Below, piece by piece: positions 20,523-34,935 of a stretch of DNA of 64,000 bases; the first letter of the stretch is position 1, and each line of letters starts with the position of its first letter. The notes under the pieces were generated by a model. That model searched no databases and was not told the origin of the DNA. It worked only from the letters and a program-made list of their open reading frames with translations. Both the position numbers and the translations under genes were made by a program. The DNA comes from an uncultured Gemmatimonadaceae bacterium (GTDB taxonomy: Bacteria > Gemmatimonadota > Gemmatimonadetes > Gemmatimonadales > Gemmatimonadaceae), in the NCBI GenBank assembly GCA_963817955.1, contig CAWFQK010000004.1:416001-480000 (forward strand). Reading direction: 5' to 3'.

Positions 20523-21406
20523 AACGAACGATCCTCGGGCAGCGGCAGCTTGTAACCGAGCCGATTAAGGGCGTGCGGATTCCGACGCCAGTTCGCCAGA
20601 ACCTTCACCCACAAATCGAGGTAGACGGGGGCGCCCACCAGTGCTTCCACCTTCTTGCGCGACGCGCTGCCGATAGCGCGGACGCGTTGTCCTCCGGCGC
20701 CGATGAGAATTCGTTTCTGACTCTCTCGCTCCACGTGCAGGACCGCTCGAATGTACACCGGAGACTGCGATTCCCGAAACTCTTCAATTTCGCAGGCGAC
20801 GCTGTACGGCACCTCATTCTCGAGCTGCTCGAGCGCTGTTTCACGCACCAGCTCACTGACGAAGAAGCGCACCGTCTGGGTACTGATTTCGTCTTCAGGA
20901 TACAGGAAGGGACTGACGGGTAGCAGGCCACCGATACGTGCGACCAGGGCATCCACATCCGCACCGGTCGCTGCGGAAGTGAAGAGCGCGTCGGGGCACG
21001 ATGTTTCAAGTTGAGCACGCTGGCCAGCGCTCAGGAGATCAGACTTATTGACGGCGAGCAGCAGCGGCGCGCGAATCGGCTGCGGCAGCTGTGCAACCTC
21101 GGCGAGCTCGGCCGGCTGGCCCTCGGTTCCATCCACGAGGTACAGCACCACGTCGGCCTCGTCGAGCGCGGCGAGCGCAGTGCCGCGCATCGATTCCTGA
21201 AGCGGGTATCGCGGGTTGAGCAGTCCAGGAGTGTCGAGGACGATCATCTGTACGTCGGCGGTCGTGTGAATGCCGACGATACGATTCCGCGTGGATTGCG
21301 GCTTGGCGCTGACGATGCTCAGCTTCTCCCCGACTATGCGGTTGAGGAGCGTGGATTTGCCGGCGTTGGGCTTACCGACGACGGTTACGATTCCGGCCTT
21401 GGGCAT
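20519..21406 (-). CDS. era: GTPase Era
   Basis: GKPNAGKST, QSTR, DTPG, NKSD, KH domain; ATG 21406. Confidence 0.96.
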   Translation of the reverse strand: MPKAGIVTVVGKPNAGKSTLLNRIVGEKLSIVSAKPQSTRNRIVGIHTTADVQMIVLDTPGLLNPRYPLQESMRGTALAALDEADVVLYLVDGTEGQPAELAEVAQLPQPIRAPLLLAVNKSDLLSAGQRAQLETSCPDALFTSAATGADVDALVARIGGLLPVSPFLYPEDEISTQTVRFFVSELVRETALEQLENEVPYSVACEIEEFRESQSPVYIRAVLHVERESQKRILIGAGGQRVRAIGSASRKKVEALVGAPVYLDLWVKVLANWRRNPHALNRLGYKLPLPEDRSL

Positions 21407-21432
21407 AGAAAGGAAGCTAGTGACTAACAACA

Positions 21433-21465
21433 CAAAGCCCCTGGCCAACTGGGCCAGGGGCTTTG
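21433..21465 (-). terminator. rRNA operon terminator hairpin
   Basis: CAAAGCCCCTGGCC...GGCCAGGGGCTTTG just 3' of 5S. Confidence 0.75.
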
Positions 21466-21473
21466 CAATGAGG

Positions 21474-21590
21474 TGCCGGCGACGGCCTACTCTCCCGCGC
21501 TCTCACGAGCGGAGTACCATCGGCGCTGTAGGGCTTAACGATCGTGTTCGGAATGGGAACGAGTGTGGCCCCTACGCTCTAGTCGCCAGC
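21474..21590 (-). rRNA. rrf: 5S rRNA
   Basis: CCCATTCCGAAC, GATGGTACT, GGGAGAGTAGG motifs on the minus strand; ends approximate. Confidence 0.93.
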
Positions 21591-21704
21591 GAATATGTAC
21601 GACAACGGAAAGTGGTAGATCGGGAATTCTCGAATTCCCTAATAAGATCGTATTGCTCTGCTTGCAGTGTTGCTTGGTATTCCCTAATGGGAATCATTTG
21701 GGAG

Positions 21705-24682
<2,978 letters not shown>

Positions 24683-24835
24683 CAATCTGTGATCAAGCAG
24701 AGCGCCTACAATCTTGAAACCGCGCGCTTCCGCGCGCGTCATACACTTTCGAGTGACAATCGTTTGCGTCCATTGCTGGACGAAATTGATAGCCTCTCAA
24801 TAAGGATTCTCAAATCCGCGATCTACCACTATTTC

Positions 24836-24850
24836 CATTGTCAAACAGCA
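24836..24850 (-). promoter_or_regulatory. boxA-like antitermination site in the 16S-23S spacer
   Basis: TGCTGTTTGACAATG resembles TGCTCTTTAACA. Confidence 0.55.
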
Positions 24851-25015
24851 TCGACGCTCACGGCACGTGGCCGGGCATCAAGGCAGAAGAAAATTAAACT
24901 CGGGAAAATGGATGTTGAGACGTGCGACTTACGGGATCTTTCAGCCAGTGAGACCTTCGCTTGCGCTCAGGCCCTTCCGATCGCAGGGCGATCGTCGGCA
25001 TACTCGAGTATCCGT

Positions 25016-26538
<1,523 letters not shown>

Positions 26539-26742
26539 GAGTGTTTGATAATTGCTCTCCGAACACCGTCATCAGACATCGCCTCATGACGATGTCCGGA
26601 ATCACAGAATATGTTCAGTGTAACTCTCCCCAGTACCCGAACAGAGCACTGGATCATCGAGTTCGCCTCGCACATCCATTTCCCCAAGTTCAATTATCAA
26701 TCAGCTTTATAAACTTCGCGTCGCGTTCAGCGACAGCCTTTA

Positions 26743-26771
26743 ACTATACCCTAACTCAGTCGCGTCGTCAA
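26743..26771 (-). promoter_or_regulatory. rrn promoter (proximal)
   Basis: TTGACG-17 nt-TATAGT. Confidence 0.75.
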
Positions 26772-26885
26772 GCTCAAACTGGCAATTTCTGCCTCGCAAT
26801 TCTCGCCCTCCGACCTTCCCCGAAACGACTCGAACTCTCGCTCAGCCCGTCTCGGTCCAACCCGCCACTTCAGTGGCGAGCCCGA

Positions 26886-26914
26886 ACAGTAACTGATGTT
26901 ACCGTTCGATGCAA
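26886..26914 (-). promoter_or_regulatory. rrn promoter (distal, putative)
   Basis: TTGCAT-17 nt-TACTGT. Confidence 0.5.
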
Positions 26915-27085
26915 CCCCCGAAACAACAACACGATACCGCGCCATCGTCTCGGAAAATCAAGTCGGTCTAACCTGGCGCGCTGGGCCTCACAACCGCCCC
27001 CCGCCCTCGACCAACCGCCTCATTCTTCCACCACTCTGCCGGCGCATACGTGACCAAATCCAGAATCCCGTCCACCATGGCAGCA

Positions 27086-27158
27086 TGGGCCGTGTAGGAA
27101 TCGAACCTACAACCTAGCGATTAAGAGTCGCTTGCTCTGCCAATTGAGCTAACGGCCC
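27086..27158 (-). tRNA. tRNA-Lys(CTT)
   Basis: GGGCCGTTAGCTCAATTGGCAGAGC...GCGA CTCTTAA TCGC...GGTTCGATTCC. Confidence 0.96.
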
Positions 27159-27205
27159 GCACCTGAGAACTACCACCCAAACAACTTGCACAACGTAACG
27201 CAAAA

Positions 27206-27282
27206 TGGCGCGCCAGGAGGGAATCGAACCCCCGACCCACAGCTTAGAAGGCTGTTGCTCTATCCAACTGAGCTACTGGCGC
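27206..27282 (-). tRNA. tRNA-Arg(TCT)
   Basis: GCGCCAGTAGCTCAGTTGGATAGAGC...CTTCTAA...GGTTCGATTCC...GCCA. Confidence 0.96.
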
Positions 27283-27303
27283 TTCGTCGACATGGTGCGC
27301 AGG

Positions 27304-27377
27304 TCGGGGCGCCCGGATTTGAACCGGGGACCTCCTGCTCCCAAAGCAGGCGCGATACCAGGCTACGCTACGCCCCG
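27304..27377 (-). tRNA. tRNA-Pro(TGG)
   Basis: CGGGGCGTAGCGTAGCCTGG...CCTGC TTTGGGA GCAGG...GGTTCAAATCC. Confidence 0.96.
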
Positions 27378-27412
27378 CGAGCCTTCGAATGTATCTGGAC
27401 TCGGCATGAGAA

Positions 27413-28072
27413 TCAACTGGTTAAGTCGGCTTTCCCGTCGAAGTCATCCAACCCGTCCAACGCCTCGAGTAGCTCGTCTACGGCCCGCGCGCGGTGGCTG
27501 ACGTCCGCCTTCTCTTCCCCGCTCACTTCGCCGAACGTCCGCTGCAATTCGTCCGACATGAAATAAGGATCGTATCCGAAACCACCCTGACCGCGAGCCA
27601 CATCCAAAATGTGCCCGTGGACTTCGCCGCGCCGCACCACGGAACGGGAGGCGTCCACGTACGCCGCAGCACACACGTACGATGCCCTCCTGTCGCGCAC
27701 GCCTCGTAATCGCTCGAGGAGCCGCCGATTGTTCTCGTCGTCCAGAGCCTGGCCGGTCAAATCGGTGCGTCCGCTCCATCGCTTGCTCAACACACCGGGA
27801 GCGCCGAACAGCGCGACGACCGAAAGCCCTGAATCATCGGCCACCGTCGGTCGTCCCGTGCGCGCGTGAAAGTAGCGCGCCTTTGCCAATGCATTCGCCT
27901 CGAAGGTGTCGAAAGCCTCGAGCGCATCTTCCTCCGATGTCTCAGCGACACCAGCCTGGGCGAGATCGATGACATCAATGCCGTGTGCAGCGAACAGCGG
28001 GCGAAGCTCACTCAGCTTCCCTGCACTCCGCGTTGCGAGCAGCAACGGCCCCATCTGCCCTCCCACGCCCAC
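27413..28072 (-). CDS. rdgB: Non-canonical purine NTP pyrophosphatase (HAM1/RdgB)
   Basis: ATRSAGK, ADDSGL, GFGYDPYF, SHRARA; start may be 28054. Confidence 0.93.
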   Translation of the reverse strand: MGVGGQMGPLLLATRSAGKLSELRPLFAAHGIDVIDLAQAGVAETSEEDALEAFDTFEANALAKARYFHARTGRPTVADDSGLSVVALFGAPGVLSKRWSGRTDLTGQALDDENNRRLLERLRGVRDRRASYVCAAAYVDASRSVVRRGEVHGHILDVARGQGGFGYDPYFMSDELQRTFGEVSGEEKADVSHRARAVDELLEALDGLDDFDGKADLTS

Positions 28073-28074
28073 CG

Positions 28075-28815
28075 TCAGCCGGCAAGCGCGCGTTGCTGCG
28101 CGGCGTCGAGCTCGCGCATACCCTTGACCGCAAGATCGAGCAACGCGCTCAGCTCGTTGCGATCAAAGGTGCCATTCTCTCCCGTGCCCTGTACCTCGAC
28201 GAACCCGCCTGTACTACTCATGACGACATTCATGTCAACCGCCGCACGCACGTCCTCGGCATAGTCGAGATCGAGACGTGGCGTCGTCCCGATTACTCCA
28301 ACACTGACGGCCGAGACGCGACGTTTCACAGGCGTCACGGGAATGCGGCCAGTCTTTACCATCCAGTCGAACGCATCGACCGCTGCGACACACGCGCCGG
28401 TGATCGATGCAGTGCGTGTCCCTCCATCAGCGATGAGCACATCGCAGTCAAGCTTGATCGTGTACTCGCCAAAACGGAAGTCGTCGAGCATGGCGCGAAT
28501 GCTCCGCCCGATCAGGCGTTGAATTTCCTGCGTGCGCCCGCCGAGTTGCGAACGCTCACGACCCGTGCGGGTGAGCGTCGCGCGTGGAAGCATGGCGTAT
28601 TCGGCGGTGAGCCACCCTTCGCCGCGGCCACGCTTCCAGCCAGGAACTCCCTCCTCGACAGACGCGGCGCACAACACGCGCGTTGCACCGAACGAAACGA
28701 TGCAGGATCCCTCGGCATGCGCGATAGCGCCGCGCTCGAGGGTAACAGGACGCATCTCGTCGTCACGACGCGACGCGCGATGCACAACGGTTTCAGTGGC
28801 CACGAAGTCGCTCAA
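28075..28815 (-). CDS. rph: Ribonuclease PH
   Basis: [48 protein letters not shown]. Confidence 0.97.
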   Translation of the reverse strand: MSDFVATETVVHRASRRDDEMRPVTLERGAIAHAEGSCIVSFGATRVLCAASVEEGVPGWKRGRGEGWLTAEYAMLPRATLTRTGRERSQLGGRTQEIQRLIGRSIRAMLDDFRFGEYTIKLDCDVLIADGGTRTASITGACVAAVDAFDWMVKTGRIPVTPVKRRVSAVSVGVIGTTPRLDLDYAEDVRAAVDMNVVMSSTGGFVEVQGTGENGTFDRNELSALLDLAVKGMRELDAAQQRALAG

Positions 28816-29275
28816 TTGTGGAAGTCGTAGAATGTCCTGGCGTGAGCGGGATGACTACGACATCGCCGCCCCACGAACGCACCTCGGATGCGCCGACTAT
28901 GGAGGCCTCGGCATAATCGCCGCCCTTCACCAGCACATTGGGCTGGAGCGCGACGATCAACTCGAGCGGCGTATCCTGTTCGAACACCACGACGCCATCC
29001 ACCATCTCGAGTGCGGCAAGCACGTAACACCGCTCTGGGGCGCTGCGCACCGGTCGCGCGGAACCCTTCAACCGGCGTACGGACGCATCGCTGTTTACGC
29101 CGACGATCAGAGCATCGCCTCGGGCCCGGGCACCGATCAACACATCCACGTGACCAGGATGCAGCAGGTCGAACACGCCGTTGGTGAATACGAGGCGCCC
29201 TCGAACGGTCTGTCGCCAGTCGCGTGCGCGATCCGCGCTCATCACTTTGTCCAACGGCCGGGAGAGCACGCTCAA
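28793..29275 (-). CDS. rfaE2: D-glycero-beta-D-manno-heptose 1-phosphate adenylyltransferase
   Basis: [34 protein letters not shown]. Confidence 0.93.
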   Translation of the reverse strand: MSVLSRPLDKVMSADRARDWRQTVRGRLVFTNGVFDLLHPGHVDVLIGARARGDALIVGVNSDASVRRLKGSARPVRSAPERCYVLAALEMVDGVVVFEQDTPLELIVALQPNVLVKGGDYAEASIVGASEVRSWGGDVVVIPLTPGHSTTSTIERLRGH

Positions 29276-29625
29276 AGCGGGCCTTCGGCGTGTGGGTGGA
29301 AATGAAGGTCGCGAACGAACATCGGCAACTCGACCTGCTCGTAGTACTCAGACTCGATCGTGATCGTTCGTTCGGTCCGGCGAATCGAGATGTTCCCAGC
29401 CGCCTCCGGCAGGCCGAGCGAATCAGCCGAGGCGCGCAAGCGCGTGAGGATCAGATCATTCGCGGTATGAGGCGAGAAGGCAACTTCAGAGCGCATGTCA
29501 TCTTGAAATTCATAACAGCGCCAATACGCCCCGCCGATATTCACGCCGAAGTAGATAACCGCGGCCGTAATCAGCAGCGTAAACAGGCACCCAAGCGAGC
29601 TCGCGCCACGGCGCGCGATCACCAA
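29272..29625 (-). CDS. Hypothetical membrane-anchored protein with pilin-like N-terminus (DUF4845-like)
   Basis: RRG-ASSLGCLFTLLITAAVIYFG hydrophobic N-terminus; overlaps both neighbours. Confidence 0.6.
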   Translation of the reverse strand: MVIARRGASSLGCLFTLLITAAVIYFGVNIGGAYWRCYEFQDDMRSEVAFSPHTANDLILTRLRASADSLGLPEAAGNISIRRTERTITIESEYYEQVELPMFVRDLHFHPHAEGPL

Positions 29626-30116
29626 TTGCTTTGTACTCCCTCGACGATCTTCTGCACCATTTTCGAGATCGCCTGGTGACGGCCGTCTGCTTCGGCACGC
29701 TCGGCGTAATCGGCCTCCTCGCGCATACTCTTGTTTTCGAACAACACGTGCCCGTTCGACTGGTCGATGATCTCGATTTCGACGGTGATCTGTAGCCGAC
29801 GGCGGGCGGTCACGGCCTGCTGCGGATTGGCGCTGAAGCTGACCGGCACGTCGGCGTCGTACGATTGGATGACGCCGTGCACCAGCGCGTCGGCGCGATC
29901 GGTCGGCGCGTCACGCACACCGAGTCGCCGCTGAAGCTCCTGGTGCATCACATCGTACAATTCCTTGGAAATCTCCGGATTGGCAGTCTGATTGTCGAAC
30001 GTGGCAATAGCCATCGTACGGATGTTCGGCGGCAGACCGCCGCCGGCAAAGCTGTACAGACAGCCGGTCAACGACAGCAGGGCAACGCTAGCGATCAAAA
30101 CGCCAAATCGACGCAT
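29619..30116 (-). CDS. lptE: LptE-family lipoprotein
   Basis: Lipobox LTGC, YSF...IRTMAIATFDNQT, ADALVHGVI, C-terminal W. Confidence 0.75.
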   Translation of the reverse strand: MRRFGVLIASVALLSLTGCLYSFAGGGLPPNIRTMAIATFDNQTANPEISKELYDVMHQELQRRLGVRDAPTDRADALVHGVIQSYDADVPVSFSANPQQAVTARRRLQITVEIEIIDQSNGHVLFENKSMREEADYAERAEADGRHQAISKMVQKIVEGVQSNW

Positions 30117-30723
30117 CGAACTCCGGAACCTCATCCGTTCGCGTAATCGTGAGATGCAACGAACGGCGCGCGCCCTCGTTGCGATACTGCGCTTGTGTCA
30201 CACCGCGCCGTTCGACCCACTCTGCTACTCGCCCTCCGACCACACGTTCGGCCCGGTACAGCGTGTCGCCGTGAAAGCTGAGTCGCCAGGCAACAGGGTT
30301 GCCGATATCGGCACGCAGCGTCGTCCCTTCGACACGAATGACGGTGTCAGCGAGATTTGGCAACGCCACGCGACCCAACGCGGCCCACAGCAACGTAGGC
30401 GGTGGCACGAACCGGCGCACGAAATCACCAGCGGGAATGGCGAGCGAATCGCCGATCAGAACAGCAGATCCCCCGCCGAACCCGCCGGCCAGAAAGAAAT
30501 CCAGCCTGGCACTATCCGGCCACGCAATTCGCGCCACGCCGTCCCCTCGGCCTGACATCTCCCGATCGTCGAGGTCCCATTCGAACACGACCTTGTGGTG
30601 GCCGGATGGCAGATCGGTGCGCGGCAAGCGCGCGGCGGGCACTGGGGCCCCGGAAAGCGGGGTCAGACGGGGCGCACAAGCGGCCAGGAGGGCCGCCGTC
30701 GCCACCAGCAATCGGCGACACAT
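30088..30723 (-). CDS. Hypothetical lipoprotein
   Basis: Lipobox LAAC; beta-rich body; coupled to neighbours. Confidence 0.7.
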   Translation of the reverse strand: MCRRLLVATAALLAACAPRLTPLSGAPVPAARLPRTDLPSGHHKVVFEWDLDDREMSGRGDGVARIAWPDSARLDFFLAGGFGGGSAVLIGDSLAIPAGDFVRRFVPPPTLLWAALGRVALPNLADTVIRVEGTTLRADIGNPVAWRLSFHGDTLYRAERVVGGRVAEWVERRGVTQAQYRNEGARRSLHLTITRTDEVPEFDASIWRFDR

Positions 30724-31157
30724 CAGGCGTGGCCGAATAGTGCACGCACTGCCGGAGGCAGGGGCACTGGGCGGCCGGCGCGGTCGATCGATACCAGTGC
30801 AGTGCGCGCCGTGACCAACCGTTGCCCAGTGGAGGCGTTTGTGATCAGATAATCGAGCGTGATCCCGCGCGAGCGGACCTCGGCGAGGGTGGTTCGGACG
30901 CGGATCATGTCGTCGTATCGGGCGGCCGAGTGATAGCGCGCTGAGATCTCCGAAACGGCGAGCCCCACGCCCGCCCGCTCCATGTCCGCGTAACTCATGC
31001 CGCGAGCGCGGATGAAGTCGGTGCGACCGACCTCACACCAGATAAGGTAGTTGGTGTGATACACCACTCCCATTTGGTCAGTTTCGGCGTAACGGACGCG
31101 AAACTCCACGTCGTGGTGCGACGGCGTTGGCGCAGCGTCGGTCGATTCAGTGGACAC
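30723..31157 (-). CDS. YbgC/FadM-family acyl-CoA thioesterase
   Basis: RVRYAETDQMGVVYHTNYLIWCEVGR; start at 31157 or 31181. Confidence 0.9.
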   Translation of the reverse strand: MSTESTDAAPTPSHHDVEFRVRYAETDQMGVVYHTNYLIWCEVGRTDFIRARGMSYADMERAGVGLAVSEISARYHSAARYDDMIRVRTTLAEVRSRGITLDYLITNASTGQRLVTARTALVSIDRAGRPVPLPPAVRALFGHA

Positions 31158-31185
31158 GCGGCGAAGATCGTCAGGACACATTCGT

Positions 31186-31214
31186 TTGTAAAGCGAGCAG
31201 GAGAACGGTAGAAT
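31186..31214 (+). promoter_or_regulatory. sigma70 promoter of lpxH (probably leaderless)
   Basis: TTGTAA-17 nt-TAGAAT ending 6 nt before the GTG. Confidence 0.6.
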
Positions 31215-31220
31215 TCGCGC

Positions 31221-32000
31221 GTGCTCAACACGCCCTGTTATATCATGTCCGACGCCCACCTCGGGTTCGCTCCCGACGACGTGGAGCGCGCAGTCGTATC
31301 GTTCTTGCGCCACGTGGCGAGGCACGGCAGTTCGCTGGTGGTGAACGGCGATCTCTTCGAGTTCTGGTTCGAGTGGAAATCGGTGATCCCTCGCCGCGGA
31401 TTCCGTGCGCTGGCCGCGCTCGCCGATGTCGTGGACGCAGGCGTGCCCGTTCTGATGATCGCCGGCAACCACGACTGCTGGGGCGGTGACGTGCTTCGGA
31501 ACGACATTGGAGTAAACTACCAAGTCAGGCCGTGGACGGGCGACATCGGGGGATGGCATACACGCGTCGAGCACGGAGATGGACTGCGGCCGCAGGAAGA
31601 CAAGAAATACCGTATGATCCGGCACCTGCTGCGCAATCGGCTGGCGATCCGCGCGTTCCGCTGGCTGCATCCCGACCTCGCGACGCCGCTGGCTACGCAC
31701 AGTTCGCATGCGAGCCGCACGTATGCCGCGCGGGATGGGGGGCGCGGGTTGCGTGACGCCGCGGAGCGCACTGCAGTGGCGAATCGCTCGCTCGAACTGA
31801 TAGTGTTTGGTCACTCTCACGTGCCGACGCTCGAGCGCTTACCGAGCGGCGCGGCGTACGGAAATCCCGGATCGTGGCTCGACGCACCCACGTTCCTACG
31901 CGTCACCCCGGAGCGCATAGCGCTTCGTCGTTGGAATGGTTCAGCCGAGAGTGCGGATCTCGACACCCTCGATCGTCCCGCCGAGGAACCGTTGGCCTAG
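31221..32000 (+). CDS. lpxH: UDP-2,3-diacylglucosamine diphosphatase (LpxH family)
   Basis: SDAHLG, GDLFEFW, GNHD, HGDG, GHSH, NPGSW. Confidence 0.88.
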   Translation: MLNTPCYIMSDAHLGFAPDDVERAVVSFLRHVARHGSSLVVNGDLFEFWFEWKSVIPRRGFRALAALADVVDAGVPVLMIAGNHDCWGGDVLRNDIGVNYQVRPWTGDIGGWHTRVEHGDGLRPQEDKKYRMIRHLLRNRLAIRAFRWLHPDLATPLATHSSHASRTYAARDGGRGLRDAAERTAVANRSLELIVFGHSHVPTLERLPSGAAYGNPGSWLDAPTFLRVTPERIALRRWNGSAESADLDTLDRPAEEPLA

Positions 32001-32744
32001 CTGCAGGAATTGCAGCGGGTCGTCGGACGCGATGAACCGGTACGTAGGCTCCGCGCCGGACGCAGCGGTCAACTGAGCATCGCCAAGCGTACGCGCCGCC
32101 TCCGCGGCGGTCTCTTCAGCGCTGTCGATGAGAGCAACGTCGGGCCCGAGCACGGCGAGCAGCAACGGCTTGAGCAGCGGATAATGCGTGCAGCCGAGGA
32201 CGAGGGTATCGATGTCCGCTGCAACGAACGGCGCGAGATACTCGCGCGCGATGAGTCGCGTCGCGTCGTGATCCGTCCATCCCTCCTCGACAAGCGGCAC
32301 GAACAAGGGACAGGCCCGGGCGGTGATCACCACATCCGGATTGAGCGCGCGTATGGCGCGCTCGTACGCACCGGACTTGATGGTGCCGACGGTGCCGATG
32401 ACTCCAATGCGACCTTCGCGTGTGGCCGCGACCGCGGCACGCGCACCCGGTTCGACCACACCGATCACGGGCATGTCGAACTCCTCGCGAAGTACCGTCA
32501 GGGCGTGCGCCGTGGCAGTGTTGCAGGCGATGATGATGCTCTTGACTCCTTGCTCCTGCAGAAAGCCGGCGATCTCGCGGCTATAACGGCGAACGGTGTC
32601 AGGACTTTTCGGGCCGTAGGGCACGCGCGCCGTGTCGCCAAAGTAGATGACGCTTTCGTGGGGCAGTTGCCGGATAACTTCGCGTGCCACGGTGAGGCCA
32701 CCAATGCCCGAATCGAATACGCCAACGGGCGCGGAGCGATCCAT
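31941..32744 (-). CDS. murI: Glutamate racemase
   Basis: FDSGIGGLT, PYGPKS, ACNTA, LGCTHYP. Confidence 0.97.
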   Translation of the reverse strand: MDRSAPVGVFDSGIGGLTVAREVIRQLPHESVIYFGDTARVPYGPKSPDTVRRYSREIAGFLQEQGVKSIIIACNTATAHALTVLREEFDMPVIGVVEPGARAAVAATREGRIGVIGTVGTIKSGAYERAIRALNPDVVITARACPLFVPLVEEGWTDHDATRLIAREYLAPFVAADIDTLVLGCTHYPLLKPLLLAVLGPDVALIDSAEETAAEAARTLGDAQLTAASGAEPTYRFIASDDPLQFLQLGQRFLGGTIEGVEIRTLG

Positions 32745-33310
32745 TACCACGCCAATGCCGCGGAGATCGCGGTGCCGTTTGGTGTGGCGCGAAGGCCGAG
32801 ACGGATCGGCACGTCCCACAGGTGCGCGGCCACGTAGGCGTCAGCGCCGGCGAATAGATGGTTTGCGACGAGCAGGGCGACCCAGTCTTCCACATGCGCT
32901 TCGCGCGTGTGGATGTACTTGTCGTCGAAACGCGGAGGAACCCTGGTGATGCCCGAGGTGCCATTCGCGTTGACATACGACACGATCACCGAATCACTGG
33001 CCATGCGGCGCGCCTCGTGAACGTCGGCGGCCGACTCGCGGATCATGACGAGCGCGATCCCCTCGACAAACATGAATGTGGTAGCGGCCTTATTGCGCCC
33101 AAGGCGGCTCTGCGAATAGCCCGGTGCGAGAAACGAATACAGGAACGCGCGACGCGGTGAAATCGGTGGATTGAGCGAGTCGACCCGCGCAGTGGGCACG
33201 ACTGGCGCGCGCCGCGCACTGTCAGGCCGCTGCGCCTGCGCCGCCGTGGACGCGACGAGCGCGACAACGAGCGAGACCACCAACCGCAGCAAGCGATTCG
33301 AATTTGGCAT
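32744..33310 (-). CDS. Hypothetical exported/membrane protein (DUF5683-like)
   Basis: Signal peptide, SPRRAFLYSFLAPGYSQ, ADAYVAAHLWD. Confidence 0.7.
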   Translation of the reverse strand: MPNSNRLLRLVVSLVVALVASTAAQAQRPDSARRAPVVPTARVDSLNPPISPRRAFLYSFLAPGYSQSRLGRNKAATTFMFVEGIALVMIRESAADVHEARRMASDSVIVSYVNANGTSGITRVPPRFDDKYIHTREAHVEDWVALLVANHLFAGADAYVAAHLWDVPIRLGLRATPNGTAISAALAW

Positions 33311-33338
33311 CGAGTTGGTTCTGGAACGCCAGGCACGC

Positions 33339-33436
33339 TGGCGGGAGTGCATGGGAATCGAACCCACCCAACCCGACAGAGTCAGGTCGCGAACGGTTTT
33401 GAAGACCGTGAGAGCCACCAGGCTCCATCCACTCCC
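33339..33436 (-). tRNA. selC: tRNA-Sec(TCA)
   Basis: 98 nt; 6-bp D stem GGAGCC/GGCTCT with 4-nt loop, ACGGT CTTCAAA ACCGT, long variable arm, GCCA end. Confidence 0.95.
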
Positions 33437-33443
33437 AGCACTG

Positions 33444-34502
33444 TCACGCAAGCACGAGACCGTGGAGTCCACGCGGAACAACCTCCCCGATCTCGACGCT
33501 CTCGGGTACGAGTGTAAGATACTCCGCCACTCGATCGCTCGGCACAGCGACCAGCAAGCCGCCCGACGTCTGCGGGTCGATGAGCAGCGCGCGGAGCACC
33601 TCCGGCGTATCGCCCCAATCAACGAGCGGCTGCAGATAATCGGCATTTCGCTCGGCACCACCAGTCCGAGTCCCCTGCTCCCATGCGCGGCGAGCGCCTG
33701 GGAGTAGCGGCACGCGCGCCGGATCAATGCGGAGCGTGACCTGGCTGGCGCTTGCGATATGCGACGCGTGACCGAGCAGTCCAAATCCCGTCACGTCAGT
33801 CGCACAGCGCGCACCGACCGCGAGGGCAGAACGGCTGGCGTTCATGTTGAGCGTGCACATGGACGCGTACATCGCCAAAGCCTCATCGTTTCCCAACGCG
33901 TCGTGCTTGGCAGCAGTAGCCAGGAGGCCGGTACCGAGCGGCTTCGTGAGGATGAGCCGCTCACCGACGCTTGCCTGTGCGTTGCTGAGCAGGTGACCGG
34001 GATGCACGCGACCGGTGACGGCGAGGCCGAACTTCAGCTCTTCGTCGATGACGCTGTGACCGCCGACGACGAGCGCTCCGGCCTCATGCACCTTGTCCTG
34101 GCCGCCACGCAGAATCTCTGTGAGAACGGATGTCGGCAGCTTCTCCGCGGGGAAGCACACGATGTTCAGCGCAGTGAGCGGCTCGCCCCCCATGGCATAG
34201 ACATCGGACAGCGCGTTTGTCGCGGCGATCTGACCAAAGAGGTACGGATCGTCGACGATGGGAGCGAAGAAATCGACTGTCTGTACGAGCGCGACATCGG
34301 CGGACAGCACAAATACCCCTGCGTCGTCGAAGGTCTCACGCCCCACAATGAGGCGCGGATCCGATCGCACGGGAAGCCCGCTCAACGCACGCGACAGGTC
34401 GCCCGGACCCAGCTTGGCAGCTCAGCCCGCGCAGCGGGCGAACGACGTCAGGCGGAAGAGTTCCTGTCGTGTCTTCGAAGTATTGTCCGCGTCGTGACTC
34501 AT
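33444..34502 (-). CDS. selD: Selenophosphate synthetase, selenocysteine form (UGA codon 27 at 34424-34422)
   Basis: MSHD...RLTSFARCAG-U-AAKLGP in one frame; DDAGV, QTVDFF, NALSDVYAMGG, GGHS, TDVTGFGL, DPQTSGGLL. Confidence 0.95.
34395..34412 (-). promoter_or_regulatory. Putative bacterial SECIS in selD
   Basis: Hairpin GGGTC-CGGGC-GACCT starting ~11 nt after the UGA. Confidence 0.6.
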
Positions 34503-34551
34503 GGCCCGGTTGAAAGAACGCCTCGGCACACCCTCGCAAGGCGGAAAGAGC

Positions 34552-34935
34552 TTACGGAACCGCGACGATCGCGTCGATCTCAACCAGCACACCGCGCGGC
34601 AGCGCCGACACTTGCACGGTGGAGCGGGCCGGACGCGCACCACCGAGCGCTGTACCGTACACCTCGTTCACGATCGGAAAATCGTTCATGTCTTGCAGGA
34701 ACACTGTCGTCTTGACCACGTCTTTCCACGAAGCGTTCACGGTTGCCAGAATCGCGGCCAGATTCTGCATGACGCGCTCCGTCTGCACCCGCACATCGCC
34801 GGCAACGATCTGACCAGTGGCGGGATCGATGGCGATCTGCCCGGCGGTGTACAACAGGCCATTGACGACAATGCCCTGCGAATACGGGCCGATGGCGGCG
34901 GGTGCTTTATCCGTATGGACAATCTTGAGGCTCAC
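34552..34935 (-). CDS. ridA: RidA/YjgF-family deaminase
   Basis: APAAIGPYSQ, GQI, PARSTVQV, VEIDAI. Confidence 0.93.
   Translation of the reverse strand: MSLKIVHTDKAPAAIGPYSQGIVVNGLLYTAGQIAIDPATGQIVAGDVRVQTERVMQNLAAILATVNASWKDVVKTTVFLQDMNDFPIVNEVYGTALGGARPARSTVQVSALPRGVLVEIDAIVAVP

Noticed and set aside
27086..27412. Integrated element at tRNA-Lys/Arg/Pro (also checked at selC)
   Set aside because: No integrase, no duplicated tRNA 3' end, and housekeeping genes on both sides
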